Source of the DNA: an uncultured delta proteobacterium
GTDB taxonomy: Bacteria > Bdellovibrionota > FAC87 > UBA2466
NCBI GenBank assembly: GCA_963778115.1
Contig: CAVZSV010000004.1
Location: 1,376,001-1,440,000, forward strand
Direction: 5' to 3'
Length of the DNA stretch: 64,000 nt
In this document: one piece after another, positions 1 through 10,700 of the stretch
How positions within the stretch are numbered: position 1 is the stretch's first letter
Layout: every line of letters begins with the position of its first letter
Notes under the pieces: model-generated
The model's input: the letters and a program-made list of their open reading frames with translations, nothing else
Told to the model about the DNA's origin: nothing
Database searches by the model: none
Made by a program: the position numbers and the translations under genes

Positions 1-1125
1 TTCAATGAGCTTTTCGTAGGCAATGACGGCATCCTGATCTCGGGCTTTCGATCTCAAGATATCGGCGATGAGCTTTAAGTTTTCCATCGCTTTGTCGCGG
101 CCCAATTTATCCGAAAAATAGGCGATGGCTTCGTCGACTTGACCAACCTCGCCGTAAAATATCACCAAGTCCTTAAGCGCCTGCTCCCTTAAATTAAACT
201 TAGAAGCCTCTTTGTTCCCTTCGAGGTTAGCGATAAGGGCTTTCATATCCCGCAAACCGCGAAGTTGCTCTCCCGTATTGAGTTCGCACCAAGCGCTTTT
301 ATAGACCGCATAGTCGTACAGCGGAGATTCCTTGCGATTGAGAAGAATGCGATATTTCGCCAGCGCTTCTCGAAATTTCGCCGCATCGAAGAAGTGGTCT
401 CCGAGATAAACAACGGCCTCTTCATATTTTCGGCTTCGTGGAAATTCCCGTACTACCCTTTCCAAATACCGGAGGCCGGTCGTGGTATCTCCGGTTTCCA
501 TGTCGACGAAACCAATAAAGAAGATGATTTCGTCTATCCGGGGATGCCTGGGGTACTCCTTTAGAAGTCCTTGAAACACTCCCAAAGCATCTTTGAGATA
601 ACGCTGGGAACGTCCTTGATCCAACTGGGGAGGCTTCAAAGCTTTATTAGTTTGGTGCTTTTTTTCGTAGTCAGCCAAATTCGCGGTATAGAGCTCATTT
701 TCCTCGAAACTGAGCTCCATGTATTTTTCAGCGTAGAGCTGTCCCAAGCGCAGCAATAAATTGTCCTTATTTCGTTTGTAACCGCTATCGAGCTCTTGGC
801 GCAGCAACTTGATGGCCTCTTCCCGTTTCTCGGAGACGAAAGCCTCTTTGGCGGAAAGATAGGTCTGGGCGTTTACTCCGGTTGTTTTTAAACGGGTCCC
901 TTTGGGAGTCACAGAATAGCGAGAATTGCTGAACCCCACGGCCGACGAGGGAGCATCCGGTCCGGATTGGGCGGACTTCGGCAGATCGAAGTTCTCGTAA
1001 TCTTTCGTAGCCGCAAAAGCCCCAGATCCCACGCAGAGGGAGGCAAGGGACAACGCTGCCAGAAGCGAAACGTAGAACCGATTAGTTGATGCAGGCGCTT
1101 TCCGTAGTGTAGACGTATGTGCCAA
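1..1125 (-). CDS. Large TPR protein, GltD/AgmU-like gliding motility component (runs off the left edge; start uncertain)
   Basis: Not in the ORF track. Manual translation from TTG 1125 gives a signal-like segment (RFYVSLLAALSLASLCVGSGAFA), then LLLRLGQLYAEKY; the same frame reads AVIAYEKLIE at base 1. Directly follows the gltC-like gene. Confidence 0.65.
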   Translation of the reverse strand, partial: MAHTSTLRKAPASTNRFYVSLLAALSLASLCVGSGAFAATKDYENFDLPKSAQSGPDAPSSAVGFSNSRYSVTPKGTRLKTTGVNAQTYLSAKEAFVSEKREEAIKLLRQELDSGYKRNKDNLLLRLGQLYAEKYMELSFEENELYTANLADYEKKHQTNKALKPPQLDQGRSQRYLKDALGVFQGLLKEYPRHPRIDEIIFFIGFVDMETGDTTTGLRYLERVVREFPRSRKYEEAVVYLGDHFFDAAKFREALAKYRILLNRKESPLYDYAVYKSAWCELNTGEQLRGLRDMKALIANLEGNKEASKFNLREQALKDLVIFYGEVGQVDEAIAYFSDKLGRDKAMENLKLIADILRSKARDQDAVIAYEKLIE

Positions 1126-2554
1126 GTTCATCCTCCCAGTATTCTCCGGTAAATGGCCAGAAGCGGTAGCCGGGTGCCACCGAAGTCTCTACGTCAGTTA
1201 GACGTTTGGGGGGTAGACCCTTCTGACCTTCGATAAGATCTTTTTCTCCCGTTACAATTTCAACTTTCAAGTAATTGGCCTGCTCACGTTGCTCGATAAG
1301 TTCCGCAAGTTTTCTTTTGTGCAGGCGAGTCAATACGGAACCAATGTCGTCCTCCATCGCTTTTTCAGTCTCTTCGTTAATAGCGATGATGCGATGAACC
1401 TGATCATTTCGCGAGAACTTGGCTAAATTCCCGCGTTCCTTCCTAAGAAAATCGATCACTTTTAGAGAGTTTGTGATTCCTTCGTCTCTTTTCGCGAAAT
1501 TGATGAAAGAACGGTTCAGCCCTTTGCCGCTGACGAACGCCCGGTAGTAAGAATCGGGGCTACCCAACTGAGTATTTTCCGTTTCCATCTGACGGGTTAC
1601 CGGATCGTAAATATTAAAGAACAAGGCCAACGTTTTTCGCATCTCTTCATACTTACAGAGCGAGTACAAAATGGTCGCTCTTAGCACGTAAGCCTCTCCC
1701 ACCATATCTTCCCGGTAGAAAGGAGATAATATAGTGTGCAAATTGCCCAAAGATACGGTGGTGTCATTGATTCGCATCAGCGGCCAACTGGCCTCTAACA
1801 ATACCGTTAGCCAATGGGGAGAAGAGCTTAGAAATTGCGAGTAGATTTCGATGGAACGTTCAATGTCGCCGGCCGAGTAATAAGAACGAGCTAAGTTTAG
1901 TCGAGCCAATTCGCCTTGAGACATAAGATCTTTTTTGCCGCGTGCTATCTGAACCACCTTTTCAAAATAGAAGATGGCCTCTTTGTAGTCTTTCCGTTTG
2001 GTGGCTAAAACTCCGAGTTCGAATTGAGCTTTGCTGAAAAAATTGCTTTCGGGATTTACCGACTTAAGACGGCTATTGGCTTGAGAATCCTGACCGCTTC
2101 TCATGTTATAGATTCCAATCGAATAGTTAGCCAACGCATTGACCGAGCTAGGAATATAGTTCGAAGGAAGTTTCTCCAAAATCTTCCCCAGGCGATCTTC
2201 CAAATTTAGCCTATCAGCAATAAACACGGCATTTTTAATGGCCTTCTCGTAGACTTCCTTGTTCCTATCGTCGGGGGAGAGCAAGACATTGCGAAAAGAA
2301 AGGTAAGCGGCGTAGTAATAGCCAAGCTCAAAAAATACCATTCCTTGATAATAATAGGCTTTGTCGCGACTGGTGGAGTCGGTCGCATTATTAACAGCTT
2401 GAGAGAAATAATCGACCGCTCGATTGTAGTTACCGGATTCGTAGGCCTGTCGTCCGAGATCAAAAGCCGATCTCCCTCCCGACCTGGCAGCATAGCCCGT
2501 GGCCGAAGTGATCACAAAGAGGAGTCCGACGATGAGTGCTTTAGACTTCATCAT
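1082..2554 (-). CDS. gltC: TPR protein, GltC-like gliding motility protein
   Basis: Signal peptide, TPR repeats and C-terminal FWPFTGEYWEDELGTY...C, which resembles GltC-family ends. Lies next to an outer-membrane barrel gene. Confidence 0.65.
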   Translation of the reverse strand: MMKSKALIVGLLFVITSATGYAARSGGRSAFDLGRQAYESGNYNRAVDYFSQAVNNATDSTSRDKAYYYQGMVFFELGYYYAAYLSFRNVLLSPDDRNKEVYEKAIKNAVFIADRLNLEDRLGKILEKLPSNYIPSSVNALANYSIGIYNMRSGQDSQANSRLKSVNPESNFFSKAQFELGVLATKRKDYKEAIFYFEKVVQIARGKKDLMSQGELARLNLARSYYSAGDIERSIEIYSQFLSSSPHWLTVLLEASWPLMRINDTTVSLGNLHTILSPFYREDMVGEAYVLRATILYSLCKYEEMRKTLALFFNIYDPVTRQMETENTQLGSPDSYYRAFVSGKGLNRSFINFAKRDEGITNSLKVIDFLRKERGNLAKFSRNDQVHRIIAINEETEKAMEDDIGSVLTRLHKRKLAELIEQREQANYLKVEIVTGEKDLIEGQKGLPPKRLTDVETSVAPGYRFWPFTGEYWEDELGTYVYTTESACIN

Positions 2555-2610
2555 AATTTTTCCCGAGTTCTGTCATTGGTGCTATTCAGCGAACGCCCGA
2601 AGGGATTTCC

Positions 2611-3327
2611 CTATCCGGGCATCTTTGGTAGCCAGAAACTTAACGAAACTAATATTGCCCAGTTGTTCCTGAGGCCTGATGTGTTGTTGATCGTGCTACT
2701 TACGTTTTGCTCCGTGTATAAGTAGTCACGCAGCTCCAACTTCATCGAAAGCCATTCTTTAAAGTACAGACGGGCGCCAATGGCTGGATAATAAGCAAAA
2801 TAGGAAGCGTTCTCCGTTTGGGCCAATCCGAAACCCAATCCCAAATATGGCTCTACGTAGGCTATCCAGCGCGAAAAGGTTGATGCTTTGCCGTAAAAAG
2901 GAGTGATCTGTATTCCCGTAGTCAAAAAGTACAAAAGCTTCTGATAGTCCGGGCGAATATTGGGCTGACTGGGATTTACTTTGTTCTGATTGATGTCGTC
3001 GGTAAAGGAGCTGAAAAAGGTCTTAGTGAAAGAAAAATTAAATAGTTCAAGTCCAAGCCAATCGTTCGCATGCAAAGTATAGCTAGCGCCCCCTACCAAG
3101 GTACGCCTGACGGTTCCGAAGGGAATACCCCCGAAAATAATGGGGGTCAGCTCGTGTCTCCACGCTTTTTTCGTGTACTGTCTTTGCACCACGACGACTT
3201 CGTCGTTTTGAATGCTACCGATATCTTTCAACTGCTTTTCGATAACATTGTCGGACGCAAGAACGGTCCCCGAAAGGATGCCCCCTATGAAACACAAAGA
3301 TGCAATGACCTTGCGAAGTGAATTCAT
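2611..3327 (-). CDS. Outer membrane beta-barrel protein, GltA/GltB/GltH-like
   Basis: Signal peptide, VVVVQRQYTKKAWRHEL, ITPFYGKAS, LELRDYLY and terminal LSFWLP. Glt gene context. Confidence 0.65.
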   Translation of the reverse strand: MNSLRKVIASLCFIGGILSGTVLASDNVIEKQLKDIGSIQNDEVVVVQRQYTKKAWRHELTPIIFGGIPFGTVRRTLVGGASYTLHANDWLGLELFNFSFTKTFFSSFTDDINQNKVNPSQPNIRPDYQKLLYFLTTGIQITPFYGKASTFSRWIAYVEPYLGLGFGLAQTENASYFAYYPAIGARLYFKEWLSMKLELRDYLYTEQNVSSTINNTSGLRNNWAILVSLSFWLPKMPG

Positions 3328-3523
3328 GTCAACCTGGTGAAAGAAATTTACGGTGGAATCGCCTACCCCAATGGGATAAAAAATATTGTGATTCTACAAA
3401 TTTATTATATGGTAACTCAGGTCTAAGCGGTAGCTCGTTTTTCTGAGGTTTCTAGACACCTCTAATGAGAGCACCGCAACAGAAAACTCGACAGAAAAGT
3501 TTGAGAAACGTTTAAGGTTGAGA

Positions 3524-4459
3524 ATGCCACACACCAGCAAAGCGGACAGTAAAGTAATTTGGATGGACGGGAAACTGGTTCCCTACGAACAAGCGAACGT
3601 CCATATTTTGTCACATAGCCTCCATTATGGAGGAGCGGTCTTCGAGGGTATGCGGGCTTACCAAACGCCTCGCGGCGAGTCCGCGATCTTCCGCGGTCCC
3701 GAACATTACCAGCGATTTTTGGACTCGATGCGTTCGTTAAGCTACGCTTCCCGCTTTACCATTTCCGATTTCATGCGGGCCACTAACGAGCTCATCAAAG
3801 CTAATGATATTAAGGAATGCTACATCCGCCCCATTGCCTATATAGATGATGGGACACGGGGATTAAAGCTAGCAGCTAACTCGCCCGCCAACATTGCCAT
3901 TGCGGTATGGAAGTGGGGAAAGTACATGGGCGACGAGGGGCAGCAAAAAGGCTGTAAAGTTAGAGTTTCTTCGTTTCGCCGTCCCGACATTAGTAGTTCC
4001 ATGACTTGGGCCAAACTCTCTGGAAATTACCTCATCTCGGTATTGGCGCGCCGCGAAGCAACCCAGTGCGAATGCGATGAAGCTATTCTTCTAGATCCTC
4101 ACGGTTTTGTAGCCGAAGGCTCGGGAGAAAATCTATTCCTGGTTAAGAACGGAATTTTGTTCACCCCGCCCACGGGCTACATTTTGCCGGGCATTACGCG
4201 TGACAGCGTAATACTAATGGCCCGCGATATGGGGCTTACCATCCGCGAGGAGAATATTACTCGAAATCAGCTCTATCTGGCCGATGAACTCTTCTTCACG
4301 GGTACCGCTGTGGAAGTCACGGGCATCCGAGAGGTCGATGGACATGTCATCGGTTCGGGAAATGTGGGCCCGATTACCAAGAAGTTGAGTGAGCTGTTTT
4401 TCAAAGTGGCTCAGGGTGAGATGGCGAAGTATGGGGAGTGGATTTCGGTAGTGAGATAG
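3524..4459 (+). CDS. ilvE: Branched-chain amino acid aminotransferase
   Basis: SLHYGGAVFEGMRAY, AKLSGNY (PLP Lys), EGSGENLF, ILPGITR, GTAVEV. Confidence 0.95.
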   Translation: MPHTSKADSKVIWMDGKLVPYEQANVHILSHSLHYGGAVFEGMRAYQTPRGESAIFRGPEHYQRFLDSMRSLSYASRFTISDFMRATNELIKANDIKECYIRPIAYIDDGTRGLKLAANSPANIAIAVWKWGKYMGDEGQQKGCKVRVSSFRRPDISSSMTWAKLSGNYLISVLARREATQCECDEAILLDPHGFVAEGSGENLFLVKNGILFTPPTGYILPGITRDSVILMARDMGLTIREENITRNQLYLADELFFTGTAVEVTGIREVDGHVIGSGNVGPITKKLSELFFKVAQGEMAKYGEWISVVR

Positions 4460-4484
4460 GCGGTATTTGCTTTTTTGACTTGCG

Positions 4485-4555
4485 GGTTGCCACGTCGCTT
4501 AGCTCCTCGCAATAACCACTTTTATTTGTCATCGCGAGGCGCAACCGAAGCAACC
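4485..4555. repeat. Degenerate inverted pair of GTCATTGCGAGG...GCAATC-type extragenic palindromic repeats
   Basis: GGTTGCCACGTCGCTTAGCTCCTCGCAATAAC (4485-4516) faces GTCATCGCGAGGCGCAACCGAAGCAACC (4528-4555). Confidence 0.6.
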
Positions 4556-4617
4556 TGTAAGTCACCAGGGCGATAACTCCGGTTTGACTTCCCCCGAATC
4601 CCAGCTAACTAAAAGGC

Positions 4618-5190
4618 ATGAATTTCTTTACTGTCGTGTTCCATTTCATTGCTGTGGCTATAGCGGCCTATTCTTTTCCAGTCGACGTCTCTATTCTTGG
4701 AATCAGAATAAACCACACCAAGTTGGAGAACGCGGCAAAGCAGTTAGCACCAACCGCAATCGTCGAACATCACGGTGACGCCGCTCTGTCTGAAGGCCGT
4801 ATCTGTTTTTCGCCGGAGGATACGAAAGATCTTGTGATTCAATTTGCTTCGGACAGTGAGATGTCCCGAGGAGTAGTGTCTTCTTTTCGCTTAGTCAAAA
4901 CCCAATCGAATCATTCCTACCTCAATTGCAATAGAGTATTTGATTCGAAAGTGAAGCTTTCGCGTTTGAACCTTCCAGGAAAAATCTCATTGGGAATGAG
5001 CCAGGCCGAGATCGAAGGCAAATTAGGTAAATTACAAACCGGAAATATCGATGAAAATTTGGCTTTTAGCATTACTAAATGTAGCCCCGTAAAAAAGTGT
5101 TCTTATTGCCGAGGATATAATTTCAATTTTGAAAACGACAAGCTTAGCGAACTCTCCTATAGCGGAGCCTTTTCGGATTGTAGTGGATAA
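4618..5190 (+). CDS. Hypothetical secreted protein
   Basis: 190 aa ORF with a hydrophobic N-terminus. Confidence 0.65.
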   Translation: MNFFTVVFHFIAVAIAAYSFPVDVSILGIRINHTKLENAAKQLAPTAIVEHHGDAALSEGRICFSPEDTKDLVIQFASDSEMSRGVVSSFRLVKTQSNHSYLNCNRVFDSKVKLSRLNLPGKISLGMSQAEIEGKLGKLQTGNIDENLAFSITKCSPVKKCSYCRGYNFNFENDKLSELSYSGAFSDCSG

Positions 5191-6600
5191 TCAATTCTGA
5201 CTCACTCCCACCACCAAATCCCCACTATAAAACTCGACCAACTTTTTCTGCAAAATAAAATCGGTTTGAGATTGGACCCGAACACTTTGAGCTTGAACTA
5301 ACGTCGTCTGCGCTGTGATAAGATCGAGGAAACTCGATGCTCCCACTTCGTATCGACCCTTTACCGCATCGAAAGCCTCTTGAGCGGACTGCAATCCTTT
5401 TTGCGAAGTCTCCAGCTGTTGAACCGAACTTCGATAATCTCCCAGCACCTTGCGAATCTCGCCCTCAATTTGAAGACGGAGATCGGTATAATCTAAATCT
5501 GAATTATCATATTTGATTCGAGCAGCCGCTACGTTCTGTACCGTCTGAAACCGATCAAAAAGATTCCAAGTAAGTGTTAAGCCCACCACAAAGTAGGTAT
5601 TCTGTCCCAATTGGCTCCAAACCCCATTTTCATTAAGAGCGGGAGCTGCAATTCCCTGGACGAAATTTTCCGAGTAAGCGCGTCCGGTTTGAAAGACATT
5701 AAATCCCAAATCAAGTCTGGGGAAAAACCCACTTCGGGCCGCCGTAATTCCCCAATCCGCGGAAGCTTTCGTCGCTTGGGAAGCCTTTAGATCCTGCCGC
5801 TGATCCAGAGCCTTTTGGATCATTTTTGGTTCGTCTGGACACTCGTCCTTTTTCTCGGGAGGCTCCAGATTTGGTTCGTCAAAGGTGTAGTGCCCATCAA
5901 CGTCTAGGCGAAGCTTTCGCAAAAGCAATATCTCGTCATCACGTCTTTTATTCTGTGTTGTCAGTAAATAGGTCTGATCAGCGCTGGTCTGGGCTTCCTG
6001 ACGATAAAGATCGGGCAGAGCTCTCACCCCTAATCTTGTCTGCTCGCGAAGCAGCTTCTGCCGCTCGGTGGAAGCCACCAAGTTCTTCTGAGCGATATCA
6101 AGCAAATGAGAATCCAAGACTACTTGGAGAAATGACTGCGTCACATCCACGACGATTTGTTGTTTGGCTCTGGCTAGTGTCATCGTAGAGGCGTCTTTAT
6201 TATTGAGAGCTGCTTTCAACGAAGCAAAGTCGTTAAGCCCATTAAATAGATTAAGTGTCGTTCCGATTTGGATCGAAGGGCCGTAATTTTTCGTTGTCAC
6301 ATACGTAGGTGCTGACGTCGTCAAAAACTCATTCCCTTGAAGATAGCTATAATTGGCGGTTCCGACCAAATTGGGAAGAAATTGACCGTAATTTTGAAGC
6401 AGCTGTTTTCCTGTTAACTCGACTTCATTTTGCGCTTTACGAACGCTTGTGGCATTGGTGAGCGCTATGGAAACGCACTCCTCCATCGACAATTTTCTTG
6501 AGGGGGGCTCCCCATTCGCGGAGGGTGTTGGGGTCTCGGCCGAAAACCCTGTCCATGAAAGGCCAACTAAAGAAATGGCTATCAGAAAAACAAATCTCAC
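5191..6600 (-). CDS. TolC family outer membrane efflux protein
   Basis: Two OEP-like repeats (RYEVGASSFLDLITAQ). In an operon with MFP and RND genes. Confidence 0.92.
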   Translation of the reverse strand: MRFVFLIAISLVGLSWTGFSAETPTPSANGEPPSRKLSMEECVSIALTNATSVRKAQNEVELTGKQLLQNYGQFLPNLVGTANYSYLQGNEFLTTSAPTYVTTKNYGPSIQIGTTLNLFNGLNDFASLKAALNNKDASTMTLARAKQQIVVDVTQSFLQVVLDSHLLDIAQKNLVASTERQKLLREQTRLGVRALPDLYRQEAQTSADQTYLLTTQNKRRDDEILLLRKLRLDVDGHYTFDEPNLEPPEKKDECPDEPKMIQKALDQRQDLKASQATKASADWGITAARSGFFPRLDLGFNVFQTGRAYSENFVQGIAAPALNENGVWSQLGQNTYFVVGLTLTWNLFDRFQTVQNVAAARIKYDNSDLDYTDLRLQIEGEIRKVLGDYRSSVQQLETSQKGLQSAQEAFDAVKGRYEVGASSFLDLITAQTTLVQAQSVRVQSQTDFILQKKLVEFYSGDLVVGVSQN

Positions 6601-7773
6601 TCAGCCACCTTCCTTGCCAGCGATATTGCGAATGGCTCGGACATGGGAACTTTCCGATAAGCTATTACCGATATCCAAAGCGACTAACTCCCCTTCTTTC
6701 AAGCCACTTAAGATCGAAACGACAGTGCCGTCATTATCGCCGGTAGTTACCTCCCTGTAGTGAATGGTATCGTCGGCATCGACAATGGGAACGTAGGACT
6801 TACTAGCGCGAATGACTACCGCTTCCACCGGAACCTGCATGTACACGGGCAATTTCACGTCGAGAGCTACTTGTACCAGACTGCCCGCCACCAAATCATG
6901 TTTGGCATTATCTAGTTCAATTTCAACAAGCATCATTCGAGTGCGCGGGTCTAACTCACCGGCAACTCGAGTCACCGTCGCGTCTATTTTCAACTCCGGT
7001 CGCTCTGCCGCGGAGATGACGGCGTGAGCCCCCTTCTCCACGAAGTAAGCATATTTCTGGTCGACATAAACATAAACTCGAAGCCTATCGACCTGGGAAA
7101 CCGTCACGACGGGTTGGGAGCTGGTTTGAGAATTAGCCGCATTTTGAACAAGGGTTCCCGGATCCACGAAACGAGCCGTCACCGTTCCATCAAACGGCGC
7201 TCTTAGTAACTCATATCCTTTGTAAACCGCCACCTGTTCTAGCTTAGCTTCCGAGACTCCCGCGTCGGAAATCGCCTGATCGGCCTCTTGGGTGGAGATA
7301 AGATTTCGCTCTTTGAGCTCTTTCATCCGGCTAGCGATCCCTCGTTTATTCTGAGCGTCCGCCAGGGCACCACTATATTCTTTTGAAGTCTCAGGAGAGT
7401 TGATGATGGCGAGCACTTGATTCGCTTTGACCAAGTCTCCTTTGTCGACTTTCACGTCACTGAGATAGCCGCTTACTTTGGCATAGAGAGTAACCGTTGC
7501 ATAGGGACGAGTCTCTCCTGAAAGGACTATCGTATGCATCCCGGAAGTGGCTTTAACCGCCACAGTGCGAACCCGAGGGCCCGCCTTTAACTCCTCCGCT
7601 CTCAAATGGGCTTCGCGCCACCAGCTGACCTGCCTATAGATGGCGACGATCAAGATAAACGCGGCAAGACAGCCGATGACTTTGCCACCTTTCAGATAAA
7701 GTTTTCTTAGCTCGGGATTGGGAACCCGCTCTTCAAACTTCGTCTTCGCTTTGGCCTTCCATGCTTGAAACAT
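6601..7773 (-). CDS. RND efflux periplasmic adaptor (MFP)
   Basis: LYAKVSGYL..V.VDKGD.V, LRAPFDGTVTAR, LDPRTR. Confidence 0.93.
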   Translation of the reverse strand: MFQAWKAKAKTKFEERVPNPELRKLYLKGGKVIGCLAAFILIVAIYRQVSWWREAHLRAEELKAGPRVRTVAVKATSGMHTIVLSGETRPYATVTLYAKVSGYLSDVKVDKGDLVKANQVLAIINSPETSKEYSGALADAQNKRGIASRMKELKERNLISTQEADQAISDAGVSEAKLEQVAVYKGYELLRAPFDGTVTARFVDPGTLVQNAANSQTSSQPVVTVSQVDRLRVYVYVDQKYAYFVEKGAHAVISAAERPELKIDATVTRVAGELDPRTRMMLVEIELDNAKHDLVAGSLVQVALDVKLPVYMQVPVEAVVIRASKSYVPIVDADDTIHYREVTTGDNDGTVVSILSGLKEGELVALDIGNSLSESSHVRAIRNIAGKEGG

Positions 7774-7794
7774 AAATCCTTCCCTTATTTCTAA

Positions 7795-10700
7795 TTACGC
7801 ATGTGACGGGACTTCCGCCTCTTCCTTCTCCAGTTGCGCATCCATCAGATGGGCCGAAGGCATTTTCACTCGCAGATATGAGTAAATGACCGGCACCACC
7901 AGTAAAGTCACCACTGTCGCCACCAACAGTCCGCCGATTACTGCTCTTCCAAGCGGCGCATTCTGTTCTCCGCCTTCCCCCAAACCAAGGGCGGTGGGCA
8001 ACATTCCTAAGATCATGGCAAGCGCTGTCATCAATACTGGGCGCAGGCGAGTTCTCCCCGCTTCCAACGCTGCCGTGATCGGATCCAGGCCTTTTTCCAC
8101 ACGGACTTCATTGGCAAAGCTCACGAGCAAAATAGAATTAGAGGCGGCAATTCCTACCGCCATGATCGACCCCATGAAAGAGACGACGTTAAAAGTAGTT
8201 CCGGTCAAAAGTAGCATCCACAAAATTCCCGCCAACGCACCAGGAATAGCGAAGATAACGATGAAGGGATCGATCCATGTCTGAAACAAAATAACCATAA
8301 GCAGATAGACTAAGATGATGGCTAGAATCAGTCCCATTCCCAGATTGGTAAAAGCTTCTTGAATGACTTCACTCTGGCCACGAACGGAAATCTTAACTCC
8401 CGCCGGCAACTCACCTAACTTACGAATGGCGCCTCTAATTCCGCTCACGACGGAACCGATATCCCTGTCTTCCACGTTGGCGGTCACATCCACGACCCGC
8501 TGCACGTTGGTGTGGCTGATTTGATTGAGTCCGGTGCCCGTATGAAGAGTCGCGATATTTCCCAGAGTCTGCGCTTGCGCGCTCGGAACACTTCCCGGCG
8601 TCGCACTTCTACCGATGGGAGTTCCCGTTACTGGGGTTAACAACAAATCGTCGACAGACGTCAGCTTCACCAATGGAACTTTCACGGCTACTGAATAGTT
8701 GACGCTATTAAGCGGATTTAAGAAAAACGAGGGAGCTACCATAGTGCTAGAAGAGAGGGAGATGAGCATCGTATTGGCGATATCTCGTTGAGTGAGGCCC
8801 ACCTGCGCGGCTCGCACGCGATCCGCTTCCAACTTAATCTGAGGATAGTCGAAGACCTGTTTAATGTTAACGTCGACGGCTCCTGGAACCATCTTCATGC
8901 TGTCCCTCAGCTCTCGGGCATACGCAAAAGTCTTGCTAAGATCACTTCCCTCAATCTGCACATCAATGGGAGCCGAAAGACCGAAACTAAGAACTTGGCT
9001 TACGATGTCAGCGGGCTGAAAGAAAACCGATGCACCTGGAAATTCATTCGCCATCTCGCGACGAATCTTTTTCATATAGCTCACGGTGGGACGGTGACCT
9101 TCGTTGAGTGCGATTAACATTTCGGCATCCATCGGAGCTACGTTATCGGTGGGCACAAAAGCCAGATTGTAATTTACCGGTACGCCAATCATCGAATTGA
9201 TAGTCGATAATTCGTCATCCGGTACAATGTCTCGAATCTTTTGTTCGGCACGTGCCACTAACTTTTCGGTCTCTTCAATGCGAGTTCCCACGGGGGCGCG
9301 GAAATGAAGTTTCATGATTCCCGTGTCGGTAGTGGGAAAGAAATCGACTCCAATCAAAAAGACCAAGAACAAAGAGAGCGCGCAACTGGTTCCAAACATC
9401 CACAGAGTGAAGGATCGGTATTTTAGCGCGACTTCAAGAATCGACGAATAGCGATCCTGCATCTTTTGAAAGAGCCCTTCGCGCCATTCGTTGTACCGGT
9501 GAATGCGTTCAGGCGAGAAGGTCTGCTTTCTCCAGTCGTGCAATTTAGCGAACCTACCCGTTGACGGGACAAAATCCTGAGGTACGGGCGGAGGGGCCGC
9601 GTGCCCTCCATGATGTTCGTGTCCCAACATCATGCGGGACAATAAAGGAACCAAAGTTCTTGAGAGCAGATACGAAGCAAGCATCGCAAACACCACGGCT
9701 TCGGCCATGGGGGTAAATAGGAAACGGGCGGGTCCCGTCAAAAGCACAACCGGAAAGAAGACGATACAAATAGCAAGAGTGGCCATAATCGCCGGCAACG
9801 CAATCTGCTGAGCGCCCCTTAAAATGGCCACCGTCAAAGGGAAGCCTAACGCACGATTTCGATGAATGTTTTCCACTTCCACGGTAGCGTCGTCGACAAG
9901 CATTCCGATGGCCAAGGAGAGTCCGCCCAAGGTCATGATGTTAATCGAATTGCCCGTGACCATTAGCCCCACGATGGAACATAAGATCGCAAGCGGAATG
10001 GAAGTACATACGACAAACACGCTTCGCCAACTGCCCAAGAAAAACAGAATCATGACGGACACCAGAAACGCCGCGATCACTGCTTCTCTGAGTACACTTT
10101 CAATAGAGGCCGTGACGAATCCCGATTGATCAAAATCCATCCGGACATTCATCCCCTTGGGGGCAGTCGCTCTAATCAAGGGAAGCAAGGCTTTAACGCC
10201 ATTCACTACCGTCAGTGTTGAAGCGTTCGCTTTCTTAAGAATATTGAGATAGGTCGCACGATGGCCGTTAACTCGAACAATATTGGTCTGATCCGCGAAA
10301 CTGTCGTTAACTTTGGCGACGTCGCCCAACATTACGGTAGCCCCACCTACTATTTTGACGGGAATGTCTTCGAACAATTTTACGGTAGACGGGCTGGAAT
10401 TAAGGGTGACGTTAAACTCTTTTCCTCCGATACGCGCGGTTCCCGCGGGCAAAATTAGATTCGACGCTTGTAAGGCATTGACGACATCTGCGGGAGAAAG
10501 CCCTTTGGCCGTTAATTGAGTGGGATTGACGTCAATGTTGATCTGTCTGCTCTTTCCGCCATAGGGTGCCGGCACCGACAACCCCGGAATGGTAAAAAGC
10601 CGGATGCGAATAAAGTTCAAACCAAAATCGAAAAGCTTTTCTTCCGGAATCGTCTCACTGGAAAGCGTCATCTGGACGACCGGAACATTGGAAGCATTAA

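Noticed and set aside
243..759. Short track ORFs here, and similar short or antisense ORFs across the window
   Set aside because: They overlap longer genes with recognisable motifs and show no features of their own.
3400..3520. Possible riboswitch or attenuator before ilvE
   Set aside because: No complete conserved motif or leader peptide could be identified.
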